Positions 19,053-28,464 of a stretch of 59,804 nt of DNA are shown here, piece after piece. A program made the translations under genes and the position numbers. Position 1 is the first letter of the stretch; each line of letters opens with the position of its first letter. This DNA comes from Minisyncoccota bacterium (GTDB lineage Bacteria; Patescibacteriota; Minisyncoccia; Phycocordibacterales; UBA918), in NCBI GenBank assembly GCA_022841645.1, contig JALHRC010000006.1, forward strand, positions 1-59,804, read 5' to 3'. The notes beneath the pieces are model-generated. The model did no database searches. It had not been told where the DNA came from and saw nothing but the letters and a program-made list of their open reading frames with translations.

Positions 19053-19657
19053 GATACCCCTCCTCCCACCGTCACGGGATGACGCTTGTTGAAGTAATAG
19101 TGGTAATCGCGATCACCACCGTTTTGATGCTATCGATTACGAGTACGATTGCTATGTTGTATCAAACAAACGCCTACACGATTGCCCAGGCCGGGGAAGT
19201 GGACACTGCCCGACGCGGTTTGGCCACCTGGGTGCAAGACACGCGCGAAATGCTTCCCTCCGCTGAAGGCACCTGGCCCATGGTCATCATGGAACCCCAC
19301 CGCATGGCGTTTTACAGCGATGTTGATCGTGACCAGGTAATTGAACTGGTCATTTACCAGTTAGCAACGACAACTCTCTATAAATACACCTACGACCCAT
19401 CAGCCACCTCCTCGTACTCGACGTCTACTCCAAACGTCACTCTCATATTATCTGAATACGTACAAAATCTCATCCAAGCCTCAACAACCTTCCGCTACTT
19501 TGACACTGCGGGTAATGAGTTATCGACCGGTGATTTGCTCACCGATGTGCGATATGCAGAAATGTCGCTTATTGTGAATATTGATCCGATTCGCTCACCC
19601 GGAGAGTTTCTGCTGCGAGGCAGCGCCGCTCCGCGCAACTTAAAAGATAACCTCTAG
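19049..19657 (+). CDS. prepilin-type minor pilin
   Basis: It has an HG/MTLVEVIVV cleavage-methylation motif with Glu+5. Its start overlaps the preceding stop (ATGA). Confidence 0.8.
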   Translation: MRYPSSHRHGMTLVEVIVVIAITTVLMLSITSTIAMLYQTNAYTIAQAGEVDTARRGLATWVQDTREMLPSAEGTWPMVIMEPHRMAFYSDVDRDQVIELVIYQLATTTLYKYTYDPSATSSYSTSTPNVTLILSEYVQNLIQASTTFRYFDTAGNELSTGDLLTDVRYAEMSLIVNIDPIRSPGEFLLRGSAAPRNLKDNL

Positions 19658-19660
19658 TCT

Positions 19661-21121
19661 ATGTCTACTTCACCTATGAGTGTTACTGCTACGACCGGCT
19701 ATCTCCTCGTCCTCGTCTTGGTGTTTGGGTCGGTCTTGTTTGTCATTCTTTCGGCAACGCTAGGGTATGCCGTGGGGCAGAGCCAGGTGATTACGGCGCG
19801 TCTTGAGATCCAGCGCGCGACTGACATTGCTGAGGCAGGCCTCAATTACTACCGTTGGTATTTGGCTCACTTCCCTAACGACACCACCGAAGGCACGGGT
19901 CTTCCTGGACCGTACGTACATGAATACTTTGATCCTGAGGGGGGAGCGATTGGAGAGTTTTCACTTTCTGTATCGAGCAGCACCTATTGTGGTGACGTAG
20001 CCTCGATTGAAGTGGAATCAACTGGGCACACGTATGCGAAACCTGAGTTTAGGCGTACCGTAAGTGCCCGCTACGTGCGCCCAACCGTGGCCGAGTATGC
20101 CTACATCATCAATTCAAATGTGTGGGCCGGTCCGTCGCGGACAATTATTGGCCCCTACCACACCAACGGTGGTGTACGCATGGACGGTTTCAATCTTTCG
20201 ACAGTGAGTAGCGGCCAAACTACCTGGAATTGCAACTCATCTTTCGGGTGCACTGTCGCTAGTACCACCCCTGGTGTCTTTACCACGACGGCCAATGCCA
20301 ACCAGGCTCTCTTTACCTTCCCGTCAGCACCGATAAACTTCACTGACCTTGTAATTGACTTATCGCAGATGCAGCAGCGAGCACAAAATGCTGGTGGCCT
20401 CTATTTTGGTCCCTCGGGTTCCTATGGATATCGTGTGACATTCAACAATAACGGGACGATTACGGTGCGACGCGTCACTGGCGCAACTCAAGTGTGGGGG
20501 CTCACCACCGCAGGTGTATGGGCGCAAGAGCGCCCGGTGATTTCCAATACGGCAAATGTTGGTACGTATACCATCCCGGCCGCTTGCCCGCTCATTTTTG
20601 TGGAAGATCAAGTGTGGCTCGACGGTGTGGTCAGTCAAAAGGTGTCGATTGCGGCGGCCGATAACGATACGCCAGGAGTGAGCCGCAGCATTATCTTAAA
20701 TGGCAATATTACGTACTCGACGTCGAGTGCTGGCCTTTTGGCGATTGCACAGCAGGACATGCTCCTTGGACTCAGTGTACCCAATGACATGACACTGAAC
20801 GGAATCTTTATTGCTCAAACGGGCCGCTATGGACGCAATCACTACTGCACGAATTCTGCGCCACTTGGCTATTGTAATAATACTACCTACTATCTACCTT
20901 CTGGCCTATCCTCGTATCGCTTCCGCAACTCGCTCACCCTTACTGGCACCATTGTGAGTAATGGTCGGGTGGGTGACCAATGGGTTTCGGGTAGTGTACC
21001 GATATCAGGATTCCTAAATCGTTACAACTCGTATGACCGTAACTTGGTAGAAAGTCCACCGCCTTTAGTGCCGAAGACGTCCGATGTATACGTTTTTCGT
21101 GATTGGCGCGAAGCCAACTAG
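19661..21121 (+). CDS. PilX-like pilus-associated protein
   Basis: 486 aa with an N-terminal hydrophobic helix and then ...ARLEIQRATDIAEAGLNY, like the PilX N-terminal domain. It is the last gene of the pilin operon. Confidence 0.6.
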   Translation: MSTSPMSVTATTGYLLVLVLVFGSVLFVILSATLGYAVGQSQVITARLEIQRATDIAEAGLNYYRWYLAHFPNDTTEGTGLPGPYVHEYFDPEGGAIGEFSLSVSSSTYCGDVASIEVESTGHTYAKPEFRRTVSARYVRPTVAEYAYIINSNVWAGPSRTIIGPYHTNGGVRMDGFNLSTVSSGQTTWNCNSSFGCTVASTTPGVFTTTANANQALFTFPSAPINFTDLVIDLSQMQQRAQNAGGLYFGPSGSYGYRVTFNNNGTITVRRVTGATQVWGLTTAGVWAQERPVISNTANVGTYTIPAACPLIFVEDQVWLDGVVSQKVSIAAADNDTPGVSRSIILNGNITYSTSSAGLLAIAQQDMLLGLSVPNDMTLNGIFIAQTGRYGRNHYCTNSAPLGYCNNTTYYLPSGLSSYRFRNSLTLTGTIVSNGRVGDQWVSGSVPISGFLNRYNSYDRNLVESPPPLVPKTSDVYVFRDWREAN

Positions 21122-21236
21122 CCCAAAAGTGCCCCATCTGCTTTGTTGCTTTCCTCATAAAAACTCTCACCGTACAGAAAGTACGACTCGAATTTTTATT
21201 CAGTCGCGCCTCGCATCTGGGGCACTTTTGGGCTAG
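21118..21236 (+). repeat. copy C of the dispersed structured repeat; 19-bp perfect terminal inverted repeats
   Basis: ctagcccaaaagtgcccca (21118-21136) pairs with tggggcacttttgggctag (21218-21236). The core 13-mer ATCTGCTTTGTTG lies at 21136-21148. The element overlaps the TAG stop of the preceding gene. Confidence 0.8.
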
Positions 21237-21330
21237 TTGAAAACTGAGGGGCAGCTGCATCTGTGAGCAGCCTAGTACCCTTTGCTACGTTGCACTATTG
21301 CGCTTTTCGGCCATGGTACGATAGTCGCGT

Positions 21331-22092
21331 ATGTCATCCCATCACCCACTTGTCATTGGTAACTGGAAAATGAACCCAGCGACCAGTGCGGAAGCTAAAG
21401 CCCTGTTTCTCGCGGTACGAAAAAAGGTGAAGCGCGACGCACCGGTGTCGGTTGTAGTGGCGCCACCGTTTCCATTTATTCCCGACCTCTCGCGACTCTC
21501 ACCAGGAGGTCGACTACCGCTCGCAGCACAGGACGTTTTCTATGAGGATGCTGGTGCCTATACCGGTGAAGTATCGGGCTCCATGCTGGCCTCACTCGGG
21601 GTAAGCTACGTCATCATCGGTCACTCTGAGCGCCGCGCTCTGGGGGAGACCGATGCCCAGGTCAACAAAAAAATCCTCGCCTGTCTGCGCCGCAAACTCA
21701 CCGCGGTCGTGTGCATTGGCGAGCGAGAACGTGATCTGCGCGGGGACTTCTTTTCGGTAGTGGAGGGGCAGTTGCGAGCACTCTGTACCGGTCTCTCCGC
21801 TCGCCAACTTGCGGCTGTGGTGATCGCCTACGAGCCCATTTGGGCGATCGGTACTGGCAAGACAGCCACTCCCGAGGACGTCAAAGAAATGCAACTCTTT
21901 ATTACGAGTGTGCTCGTGAAGCTCTATGATCGGGCGCTCGGCAAGCGGATGCGCATTATTTACGGTGGCTCAGTGAAGCCAGATAATGCCGCCGCTCTCC
22001 ACGAAGCTGGTGGCATGCAGGGATTTCTTGTCGGAGGTGCGAGCCTCAAAGCCGACGATTTTGGCGCGATTATTACTTCAGTTATTTCATAA
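21331..22092 (+). CDS. tpiA: triosephosphate isomerase
   Basis: It has the NWKMN, IIGHSERR and YEPIWAIGTG motifs. Confidence 0.97.
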   Translation: MSSHHPLVIGNWKMNPATSAEAKALFLAVRKKVKRDAPVSVVVAPPFPFIPDLSRLSPGGRLPLAAQDVFYEDAGAYTGEVSGSMLASLGVSYVIIGHSERRALGETDAQVNKKILACLRRKLTAVVCIGERERDLRGDFFSVVEGQLRALCTGLSARQLAAVVIAYEPIWAIGTGKTATPEDVKEMQLFITSVLVKLYDRALGKRMRIIYGGSVKPDNAAALHEAGGMQGFLVGGASLKADDFGAIITSVIS

Positions 22093-22094
22093 GC

Positions 22095-23225
22095 ATGCAG
22101 CTCCGCTCTATCGCTGACGCCGGGGATCTTAGAGGAAAGTACGTCATTGTTCGCTCGTCGTTCAACATTCCACTCGGTGACGATGGAAAGCCACGCAACC
22201 TCTTTCGCCTCTTGCGCGCTCTTCCGACCCTTGAGTATTTAAAAAAAGCCGGTGCGCGCACCATCATCATTTCGCACATTGGTCGGAAGCCCGAGGAAAC
22301 CCTACGACCGATCTACGAGGCGCTTAAGGAGCGTCTTTCCCTTACCTGGGGTGGGCTAATTACCGCGCCCGAGTTTAGTGCACTGCGCGAGGGCATGCAG
22401 GACGGTGACATTTTGCTCGCAGAAAACTTGCGCCAAGACCCGCGCGAAGAAGAGAACGATGACACCCTCTCTGCACACATTGCTGCCCTCGGTGAACTGT
22501 TTGTGAACGATGGCTTTGCTGAAGCGCACCGGGCGCATGCTTCAACCGTGGGAGTGGCAAGGCTTCTCCCTGCCTATGCTGGCCTCACGTTAGCAGAAGA
22601 AGTGGCAGAACTTGAGAAGGCCATGACCCCGCAGCACCCGTCGCTGTTTCTTCTTGGTGGTGCCAAGTTTGAAACCAAAATGCCGCTTGTTGAAAAGTAT
22701 CTCGCTTCGTATGACCGACTATTTATCGGTGGTGCACTCCTTCATGACCTGATGAAGGGTCGCGGTCTTGAGGTAGGGGAGTCACTCGTCTCCGATGTGT
22801 CACTTGTTGGGGCATCGTTTCTTGAAAGCGCAAAAATCATCTGGCCAATTGATGTCGTGGTGGATGCGGGCGACGGTGCGCATACGGTGCGACCGCTTGA
22901 AGGTGTAGCGTCGACCGACCGTATTATGGACGCTGGCCCCGAGACGATCGCGCAATTAGCACAGGAGATTGCTGGCGCCAAGACCGTGCTCTGGAACGGG
23001 CCGTTTGGCAACTATGAAGCCGGCTTTGTCGAGGCGACGGAAAGCGCGGCACGAGCACTGGCCGCGTCGGAGGCGTTCTCGATCGTGGGCGGGGGCGACA
23101 CCGTCGCAGCGATCGAAAAACTTGGCCTCAATGACGACTTCGGTTTTATCTCGATCGGCGGCGGCGCCATGCTCGAGTTTCTGGAAAAGGGCAGTACTGA
23201 GGCTATCGATTTGTTGCGCGCCTAA
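22095..23225 (+). CDS. pgk: phosphoglycerate kinase
   Basis: 376 aa with a typical PGK N-terminal RxDFNVP-like block (RSSFNIPL) and C-terminal GGGDT. Confidence 0.95.
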   Translation: MQLRSIADAGDLRGKYVIVRSSFNIPLGDDGKPRNLFRLLRALPTLEYLKKAGARTIIISHIGRKPEETLRPIYEALKERLSLTWGGLITAPEFSALREGMQDGDILLAENLRQDPREEENDDTLSAHIAALGELFVNDGFAEAHRAHASTVGVARLLPAYAGLTLAEEVAELEKAMTPQHPSLFLLGGAKFETKMPLVEKYLASYDRLFIGGALLHDLMKGRGLEVGESLVSDVSLVGASFLESAKIIWPIDVVVDAGDGAHTVRPLEGVASTDRIMDAGPETIAQLAQEIAGAKTVLWNGPFGNYEAGFVEATESAARALAASEAFSIVGGGDTVAAIEKLGLNDDFGFISIGGGAMLEFLEKGSTEAIDLLRA

Positions 23226-23246
23226 CTTACGAGTTAGACAGTTAAG

Positions 23247-23286
23247 GAAAAACAGGCGGCGAGGCAAAGCCCCGCCGCCTGTTTTT
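23247..23286 (+). terminator. intrinsic terminator of pgk
   Basis: caggcggcg pairs with cgccgcctg, followed by ttttt. Confidence 0.85.
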
Positions 23287-23306
23287 CTATCTGCCTCGCA
23301 TTCAAG

Positions 23307-23326
23307 TAGTACGATCGATCGTACTA
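23307..23326. repeat. perfect 20-bp palindrome TAGTACGATCGATCGTACTA (copy 1)
   Basis: Self-complementary 20-mer between the convergent pgk and HIT genes. It is identical to 30053-30072. Confidence 0.9.
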
Positions 23327-23399
23327 TTTATTATTAACTTAAATCCTACACCAAACCCTTCGGTTAACCGAAGGGTTTGGTGAGCAACGGGCTAATTGT

Positions 23400-23801
23400 C
23401 TACGCACGAAGTTTTTCAGCGGTAGCAGCGAGGTCTTCGGCACTTACCTCGGTGCGGTGCGGAGAAGTAAACGCCTGGTCGTCCTGGTAGCGGGGTACCA
23501 CATGCAGGTGGGCGTGAAAGACTTCTTGTCCGGCAGCAGCGCCGTTATTCATAATAAGATTAACTCCTTCAGCTCCCAGCGTAGTTTCAAGGCGCTTTGC
23601 TATCAGGCTACCCACCTTCATCATCTGGGCGAGCGTATCGCCGGGGGCGTCAAAGGCGTTTACAAATGGTTGCTTGGGAACGATGAGGGCGTGCCCGAGA
23701 TGCACCGGCTTAATATCAAGAAACGCCACTACCATCTCGTCTTCGTAAATAATGTGTGCCGGGATTTCCCGGGCAATAATTTTCTCAAAAATCGTGCCCA
23801 T
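23400..23801 (-). CDS. HIT-family nucleotide hydrolase
   Basis: 133 aa with the histidine triad HAHLHVVPR. Confidence 0.93.
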   Translation of the reverse strand: MGTIFEKIIAREIPAHIIYEDEMVVAFLDIKPVHLGHALIVPKQPFVNAFDAPGDTLAQMMKVGSLIAKRLETTLGAEGVNLIMNNGAAAGQEVFHAHLHVVPRYQDDQAFTSPHRTEVSAEDLAATAEKLRA

Positions 23802-23845
23802 ATCGTTAGGTTATTTATTTGCATGGTACCATAGTGCCTACTCCT

Positions 23846-25525
23846 ATGTCTGCCCCGCTTTCACCCCTTCTCTCCACGCTCTTAGAACAACGTGGTCTCA
23901 CCGATGGGGAAGCGATCGAGCGATTTTTACACCCCAGTTTTGACGAGCATTTGCACGACCCACTCCTCCTTCACGACATGAAGAAGGCGGTCGCCCGTAT
24001 CGCGCAGGCACTAGAAAACAACGAGCGCATTGGCATCTTTAGTGATTACGACTGCGACGGTATCCCTGGCGCCGTCGTACTCCACGACTTTTTTACCGCT
24101 CTCTCCTACAGTAATTTTGAAAACTACATCCCCCATCGACACTTTGAGGGCTTTGGTCTTTCAACGATTGCAGTCGATGCGCTCCATAAAAACGGCGTGA
24201 CGCTTATTGTGACCATCGATTGCGGTACCACCGATGTGGAAGCAGTAGCTCACGCGCGCTCGCTCGGGATCGACGTCATTATCACCGACCACCACGAGCC
24301 AGGGGTAACCCTGCCGGAGGCAGTGGCGATCATAAACCCAAAACTTGGTGACTACCCCTTCCGCGAATTGTGCGGCAGCGCCGTCGTGTTTAAGCTCGTG
24401 CAAGCGATGATGGGAGAGGGGAAGGCGACGCTGCCTCCCGGACAAGAGCGTTGGCTGCTTGATATGGTGGGAGTCGCGACGATCGCTGACATGGTGCCGC
24501 TCGTGGGAGAGAACCGTGTGTTCGCGCACTATGGACTTCTCGTCCTGCGCAAGTCACGTCGGCCTGGACTCCAGAAACTCCTGCGCCAGCAAAAACTACA
24601 ACAGCACCTCCTCACCGAAGACGATATTGGTTTCTCCATCGGTCCCCGCATCAACGCCGCCTCGCGCATGGGCGAGCCCAAGGAGGCCTTTTACATGCTC
24701 TCAGAGAGTGATCCCGTGGAAGCTGCAAGACATGTCGATCACTTGGAGGAACTCAATGGCAAGCGTAAAACGGCGGTCGCGCTGATTACGCGCGAGATGC
24801 ACGAACGAATAAAACTCCATACCGAAGAACTCCCGCCGGTGTTGGTATTCGGCTCGCCCGACTGGCGGCCTGCCTTGGTGGGACTCGCGGCCAACAAACT
24901 AGCTGAAGAGTATGCACGACCGGTATTTCTGTGGGGACGGGATGGCAATGACGTGTACAAGGGCTCGGCGCGTTCCGGCGGGCACGTCAGTGTGGTGCGT
25001 CTTATGGAGGCAGCCGCCGCATTGTTTCTCGAGTACGGAGGGCATCACGCGTCGGGTGGTTTTTCCGTACGTGATGAACATATTTTTACCCTCAGCGACG
25101 AACTCAATCGTCACTTCAAGGCCCTCGGTGAAGCAGCGGTCGTGGTAGAAGAGCGCGTGCCCGACGCACTTTTGTCGCTGGATGAGGTCAATGACACCCT
25201 TATCGAAACACTTCGCCGACTCTCCCCCTTTGGTGCCGGTAACGAGAAACCCCTGTTTTCTTTTTCTAAGGTAGTACCGGAGAAGGTAGAAGTTTTCGGG
25301 AAGGCCAAAGAGCATCTTAAGGTGGTATTGCCGCGAACGCGCGGTACGCTCGAAGCGATTGCTTTTTTTGCAGGCGAGGGAAGTTTTACGGTACGCCCCC
25401 AAGTGGGCGTACCGCTTACCCTCCTCGCGCACGTCGAAGAATCGTTTTTTATGAATCGGCGGCAGGTGCGTTTGCGCATTGTTGATATTTTGCCGACAAA
25501 TAGTGTTGGTGGTGCATTAGGGTAG
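23846..25525 (+). CDS. recJ: single-stranded-DNA-specific exonuclease RecJ
   Basis: It has DHH motifs (DYDCDG, ITDHHEP) and the DHHA1 motif GGHHASGGF. ATG at 23846 was chosen within ORF 23819..25525. Confidence 0.93.
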   Translation: MSAPLSPLLSTLLEQRGLTDGEAIERFLHPSFDEHLHDPLLLHDMKKAVARIAQALENNERIGIFSDYDCDGIPGAVVLHDFFTALSYSNFENYIPHRHFEGFGLSTIAVDALHKNGVTLIVTIDCGTTDVEAVAHARSLGIDVIITDHHEPGVTLPEAVAIINPKLGDYPFRELCGSAVVFKLVQAMMGEGKATLPPGQERWLLDMVGVATIADMVPLVGENRVFAHYGLLVLRKSRRPGLQKLLRQQKLQQHLLTEDDIGFSIGPRINAASRMGEPKEAFYMLSESDPVEAARHVDHLEELNGKRKTAVALITREMHERIKLHTEELPPVLVFGSPDWRPALVGLAANKLAEEYARPVFLWGRDGNDVYKGSARSGGHVSVVRLMEAAAALFLEYGGHHASGGFSVRDEHIFTLSDELNRHFKALGEAAVVVEERVPDALLSLDEVNDTLIETLRRLSPFGAGNEKPLFSFSKVVPEKVEVFGKAKEHLKVVLPRTRGTLEAIAFFAGEGSFTVRPQVGVPLTLLAHVEESFFMNRRQVRLRIVDILPTNSVGGALG

Positions 25526-25548
25526 CTCGTGGTACCTTACAGCATGAA

Positions 25549-25650
25549 GAAAGCCCGAGCTGCGCGGCGGCGAGGAGTAAAAGCATGAGGTGTGCTGCTT
25601 GCACAGTGAATGTTTTTACGACGAAGACAACAAAGCAGATGGGGCTTAAA
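25549..25650 (-). repeat. copy B of the dispersed structured repeat
   Basis: The complement of the 13-mer lies at 25628-25640. The terminal arms aagccc and gggctt pair. It aligns with copies A and C. Confidence 0.7.
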
Positions 25651-25664
25651 ACGTGTTTTAAATT

Positions 25665-26084
25665 ATGGAAAAAGTAATTATTTATACGGACGGTGGAGCC
25701 CGTGGCAATCCTGGGCCGGCGGCGATCGGCGTCTACATCACCGACGCAGCCGGGGGTGTTATTAAAGAGCACAAGCAGGCCATCGGTAACGCAACTAATA
25801 ATTACGCCGAGTATCAGGCGGTGATTGTTGCGCTCGACATCCTGCGCCAGCTCTACGGTGAAGAAACGCCCCGCATGGAATTTGAGCTACGCCTTGATAG
25901 TGAGCTGGTAAAAAAGCAGATTACCGGCGAATACCGGGTGAAAGAGCCGAGCCTCATGCCACTTTATATGGCGATTCACAACCAGCGCATTGATGATTTT
26001 CCCCATCTCACCCTTACCCACGTGCGTCGCGAATTTAATAAGGAAGCCGACCGCCTGGTGAATGAAGCCCTTGACGGGAAGTAA
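25665..26084 (+). CDS. rnhA: ribonuclease HI
   Basis: 139 aa with TDGGARGNPGPAAIG and NNYAEYQA motifs. Confidence 0.93.
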   Translation: MEKVIIYTDGGARGNPGPAAIGVYITDAAGGVIKEHKQAIGNATNNYAEYQAVIVALDILRQLYGEETPRMEFELRLDSELVKKQITGEYRVKEPSLMPLYMAIHNQRIDDFPHLTLTHVRREFNKEADRLVNEALDGK

Positions 26085-26116
26085 GGTTGGTTGGTAACCT
26101 TTGACTCGTCCTTGCA

Positions 26117-26392
26117 TTGTGCGGGACTAAAGGGGGATGGGTCTTGCTCACAAAAGCTTCAACGGGTGCGCTGATCAATGCGCATCGTCAGCTCGATGCC
26201 AGCGGCCGCGGCGACACGGCACGGCTTCTCGGCCAGTACTGGACGAAAGCTGAAATCAAGGATGAGCTTTTTGCTCGCGCGAGCGCGGGCCAGGTGGAAG
26301 CCCTTACCTACGCAAAGGAGCGAGAATGGGAGCTCCCGCGCATGCCGTTCATTCTTCATGCGGAGATGGCAGCAGTATCGGCCTCTGCGTAG
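26117..26392 (+). CDS. possible small hypothetical protein
   Basis: 91-aa ORF, partly protein-like (LLGQYWTKAEIKDELFARASAGQVEALTYAKEREWE). It has no SD and its start is uncertain. Confidence 0.3.
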   Translation: MCGTKGGWVLLTKASTGALINAHRQLDASGRGDTARLLGQYWTKAEIKDELFARASAGQVEALTYAKEREWELPRMPFILHAEMAAVSASA

Positions 26393-26754
26393 TTCACAAG
26401 ACGGGGGCGAGCAATTCGGCTCGCCCCGCGACGGGTCGCCTTCACCGGCGATCTTTTCATTTGCGCAGGGTAGGTAGTTGACGGGGGGGTGGCAAGCCGG
26501 TACTGTAAAAGTGTCCGGCACGACCTTACTGCACGCCGTGCGCCAGGAGGTGTGACTGGACACCTGCAACTTTTTTGGAGAGCACGACATGCGTCGTCTC
26601 CCCCGCCGTGGGTTCCACCATCAGATCAGGGAGATCCGACCGCCACCTGACCGAAAACGATTACTCGGGCAATGACGCCCCGGTCTTGCTCGTGATGGGA
26701 AGCAAGTAACCAACGGGGTGCACCCCATCAGGCGACCACGAATGGTCGCACCTA

Positions 26755-26799
26755 GCCGAGGACGCGCTCTCTGCGCGGCCTCGGCCTTCTTCTTTTTGT
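26755..26799 (+). terminator. intrinsic terminator just upstream of comEC
   Basis: gccgagg.cgcgc pairs with gcgcg.cctcggc (12 bp), followed by cttcttctttttgt. Confidence 0.75.
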
Positions 26800-26810
26800 A
26801 TACTTACTCT

Positions 26811-28463
26811 ATGCCTATGCTTCTCTATGCTGGCATAGTGGCCTTTGGTGCGGGGGTGGCACTGCGCACCCTCGTTTCTGTGCCACTCTCACTGCTTGGT
26901 CTTCTCCTTGTTATTGCGACCGCAGTGGCTCTCATCGCGTGGCGCTATGGTGGTAGTACCCCGCTACTTTTGGTGTGCGTGGTGGTATGTTCACTGGTAG
27001 CTGGCATTGCCCGCACCGAACTTTCCTGGCGGGCGGTGGGTGACTCTTCACTTGCCAGTATGGTGGGAAGCGAAGTGGTACTTGAAGGTGTAGTGGCGCG
27101 CGAACCCCAGCTACGAGAGCGGTCACTCCATCTCTACCTGCGTACCGCTGATGGGGATCTCTTGCTTGTGACCACCGATCGCTACGAGGCGGTCGCCTAT
27201 GGCGACCGCCTGCGCACCACTGGCGCACTCACTGTCCCCGAATCATTTGAAACCGAACTCGGACGCACTTTCAACTATCCTGGCTACTTGCTCGCGCGCG
27301 GCGTCGAGTATCGTCTGAGTTACCCCGAACTCCAGGTACTGGAGCAGGGTCAAGGAAATATATTTCTCGCCCGTCTCTACGGGGCCAAGCAGCGTTTTGT
27401 GATGGCGCTTGGTGCGGTACTTCCCGAGCCAGCTTTTGGTCTTGGGGTCGGGCTACTCCTTGGGGTAAAGCAAGCGCTGGGTGAAGAACTGGAACGAGTG
27501 TTTCGCGTCACTGGTCTCACCCACATCGTCGTGCTCTCAGGCTACAACCTGTCGCTCGTGGTCGCGTTTGTGAGTTTTGTGCTGTCGTTTTTTCTGCGGC
27601 CACGGGCGCGTCTGATCGTTGGGCTCTTTGCTATTCTCGGATTTGCACTCATGGTCGGCCTTTCGGCGACAGTGCTGCGCGCCAGTCTCATGGCCGCCCT
27701 GGCTCTCATAGCGAGCACGTTTGGTCGGCAGTATTTGGTGATGCGCGCACTTCTCCTCTCAGCTGCGGCGATGCTCATGTGGAACCCGTTTCTCCTCCTC
27801 TACGACATCGGCTTTCAATTTTCGTTTATGGCAACGCTCGGTCTCATACTGGTGGCGCCACAACTAGAGACTGCCTTCACTCAAGGCAAGTTCATTTACA
27901 AATTACGCGAACTGCTAATTGCCACCGTGGCGGCGCAGGTGGCAGTGTTGCCGCTCCTTCTCTATCACATCGGTGAGATCTCGCTCGTGTCGGTGGTAGT
28001 TAATGTGCTGGTTTTGCCCATGGTACCAGTAGCGATGGGACTCACGTTTGCTACCGGTGTGCTGGCGCTCCTCTCACCTCCGCTCGCCACCTTGCTCGCC
28101 TACCCGACGACGCTCGTGCTTTCGTACGTCACGGGTATGGCCAGCGCTTGGGCCAGCCTCTCGTTTGCGGCGCTTCCGGTGCCCACGTTTTCTTTTGCCT
28201 GGGTGACAGTGGCGTACGCGCTGCTCTGGTACGGCTGTTACCGCGCTGGGTACTTTGCACCGGTCACCGCTCATGTGGTATCGCCTATGGGGCGTGAGAG
28301 AGATGCTTCCGAGGTGACTGCGACCGCCGACTGGACGATTGAGGAGGAATTGTTCGTAAAAGAGCAGCTAGCTAAAAAGGTCGCAGCCGGGCCCTCTTTA
28401 GAGGACCCGGCTGCGACCTTGAGCCAGCAGAACAAAAATGATCTACCCAGCTTCTTTCGTTAG
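26811..28463 (+). CDS. comEC: ComEC/Rec2 DNA-uptake channel (DUF4131 + Competence domains, no MBL domain)
   Basis: It has multiple TM helices and the competence-domain motif GLTHIVVLSGYNLSLV. ATG at 26811 (MPMLLYAG) was chosen. Confidence 0.88.
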   Translation: MPMLLYAGIVAFGAGVALRTLVSVPLSLLGLLLVIATAVALIAWRYGGSTPLLLVCVVVCSLVAGIARTELSWRAVGDSSLASMVGSEVVLEGVVAREPQLRERSLHLYLRTADGDLLLVTTDRYEAVAYGDRLRTTGALTVPESFETELGRTFNYPGYLLARGVEYRLSYPELQVLEQGQGNIFLARLYGAKQRFVMALGAVLPEPAFGLGVGLLLGVKQALGEELERVFRVTGLTHIVVLSGYNLSLVVAFVSFVLSFFLRPRARLIVGLFAILGFALMVGLSATVLRASLMAALALIASTFGRQYLVMRALLLSAAAMLMWNPFLLLYDIGFQFSFMATLGLILVAPQLETAFTQGKFIYKLRELLIATVAAQVAVLPLLLYHIGEISLVSVVVNVLVLPMVPVAMGLTFATGVLALLSPPLATLLAYPTTLVLSYVTGMASAWASLSFAALPVPTFSFAWVTVAYALLWYGCYRAGYFAPVTAHVVSPMGRERDASEVTATADWTIEEELFVKEQLAKKVAAGPSLEDPAATLSQQNKNDLPSFFR

Positions 28464-28464
28464 T

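Noticed and set aside
26159-26590. 143-aa minus-strand ORF
   Set aside because: The translation is Cys/Arg/Pro-rich and non-protein-like, and it overlaps hairpin-dense sequence.
26393-26810. Possible RNase P RNA, tmRNA or SRP RNA in the structured region upstream of comEC
   Set aside because: I looked on both strands for GGAAAGUCCGG and ACAGAAxCCGGCUUA (RNase P). I also looked for a GGGG... 5' end with a T-arm/ACCA 3' end and an Ala-rich tag (tmRNA), and for GGUCAGGUCCGGAAGGAAGCAGC (SRP). Only weak partial resemblances were found (for example aaagtgtccggcac), so no identity is claimed.
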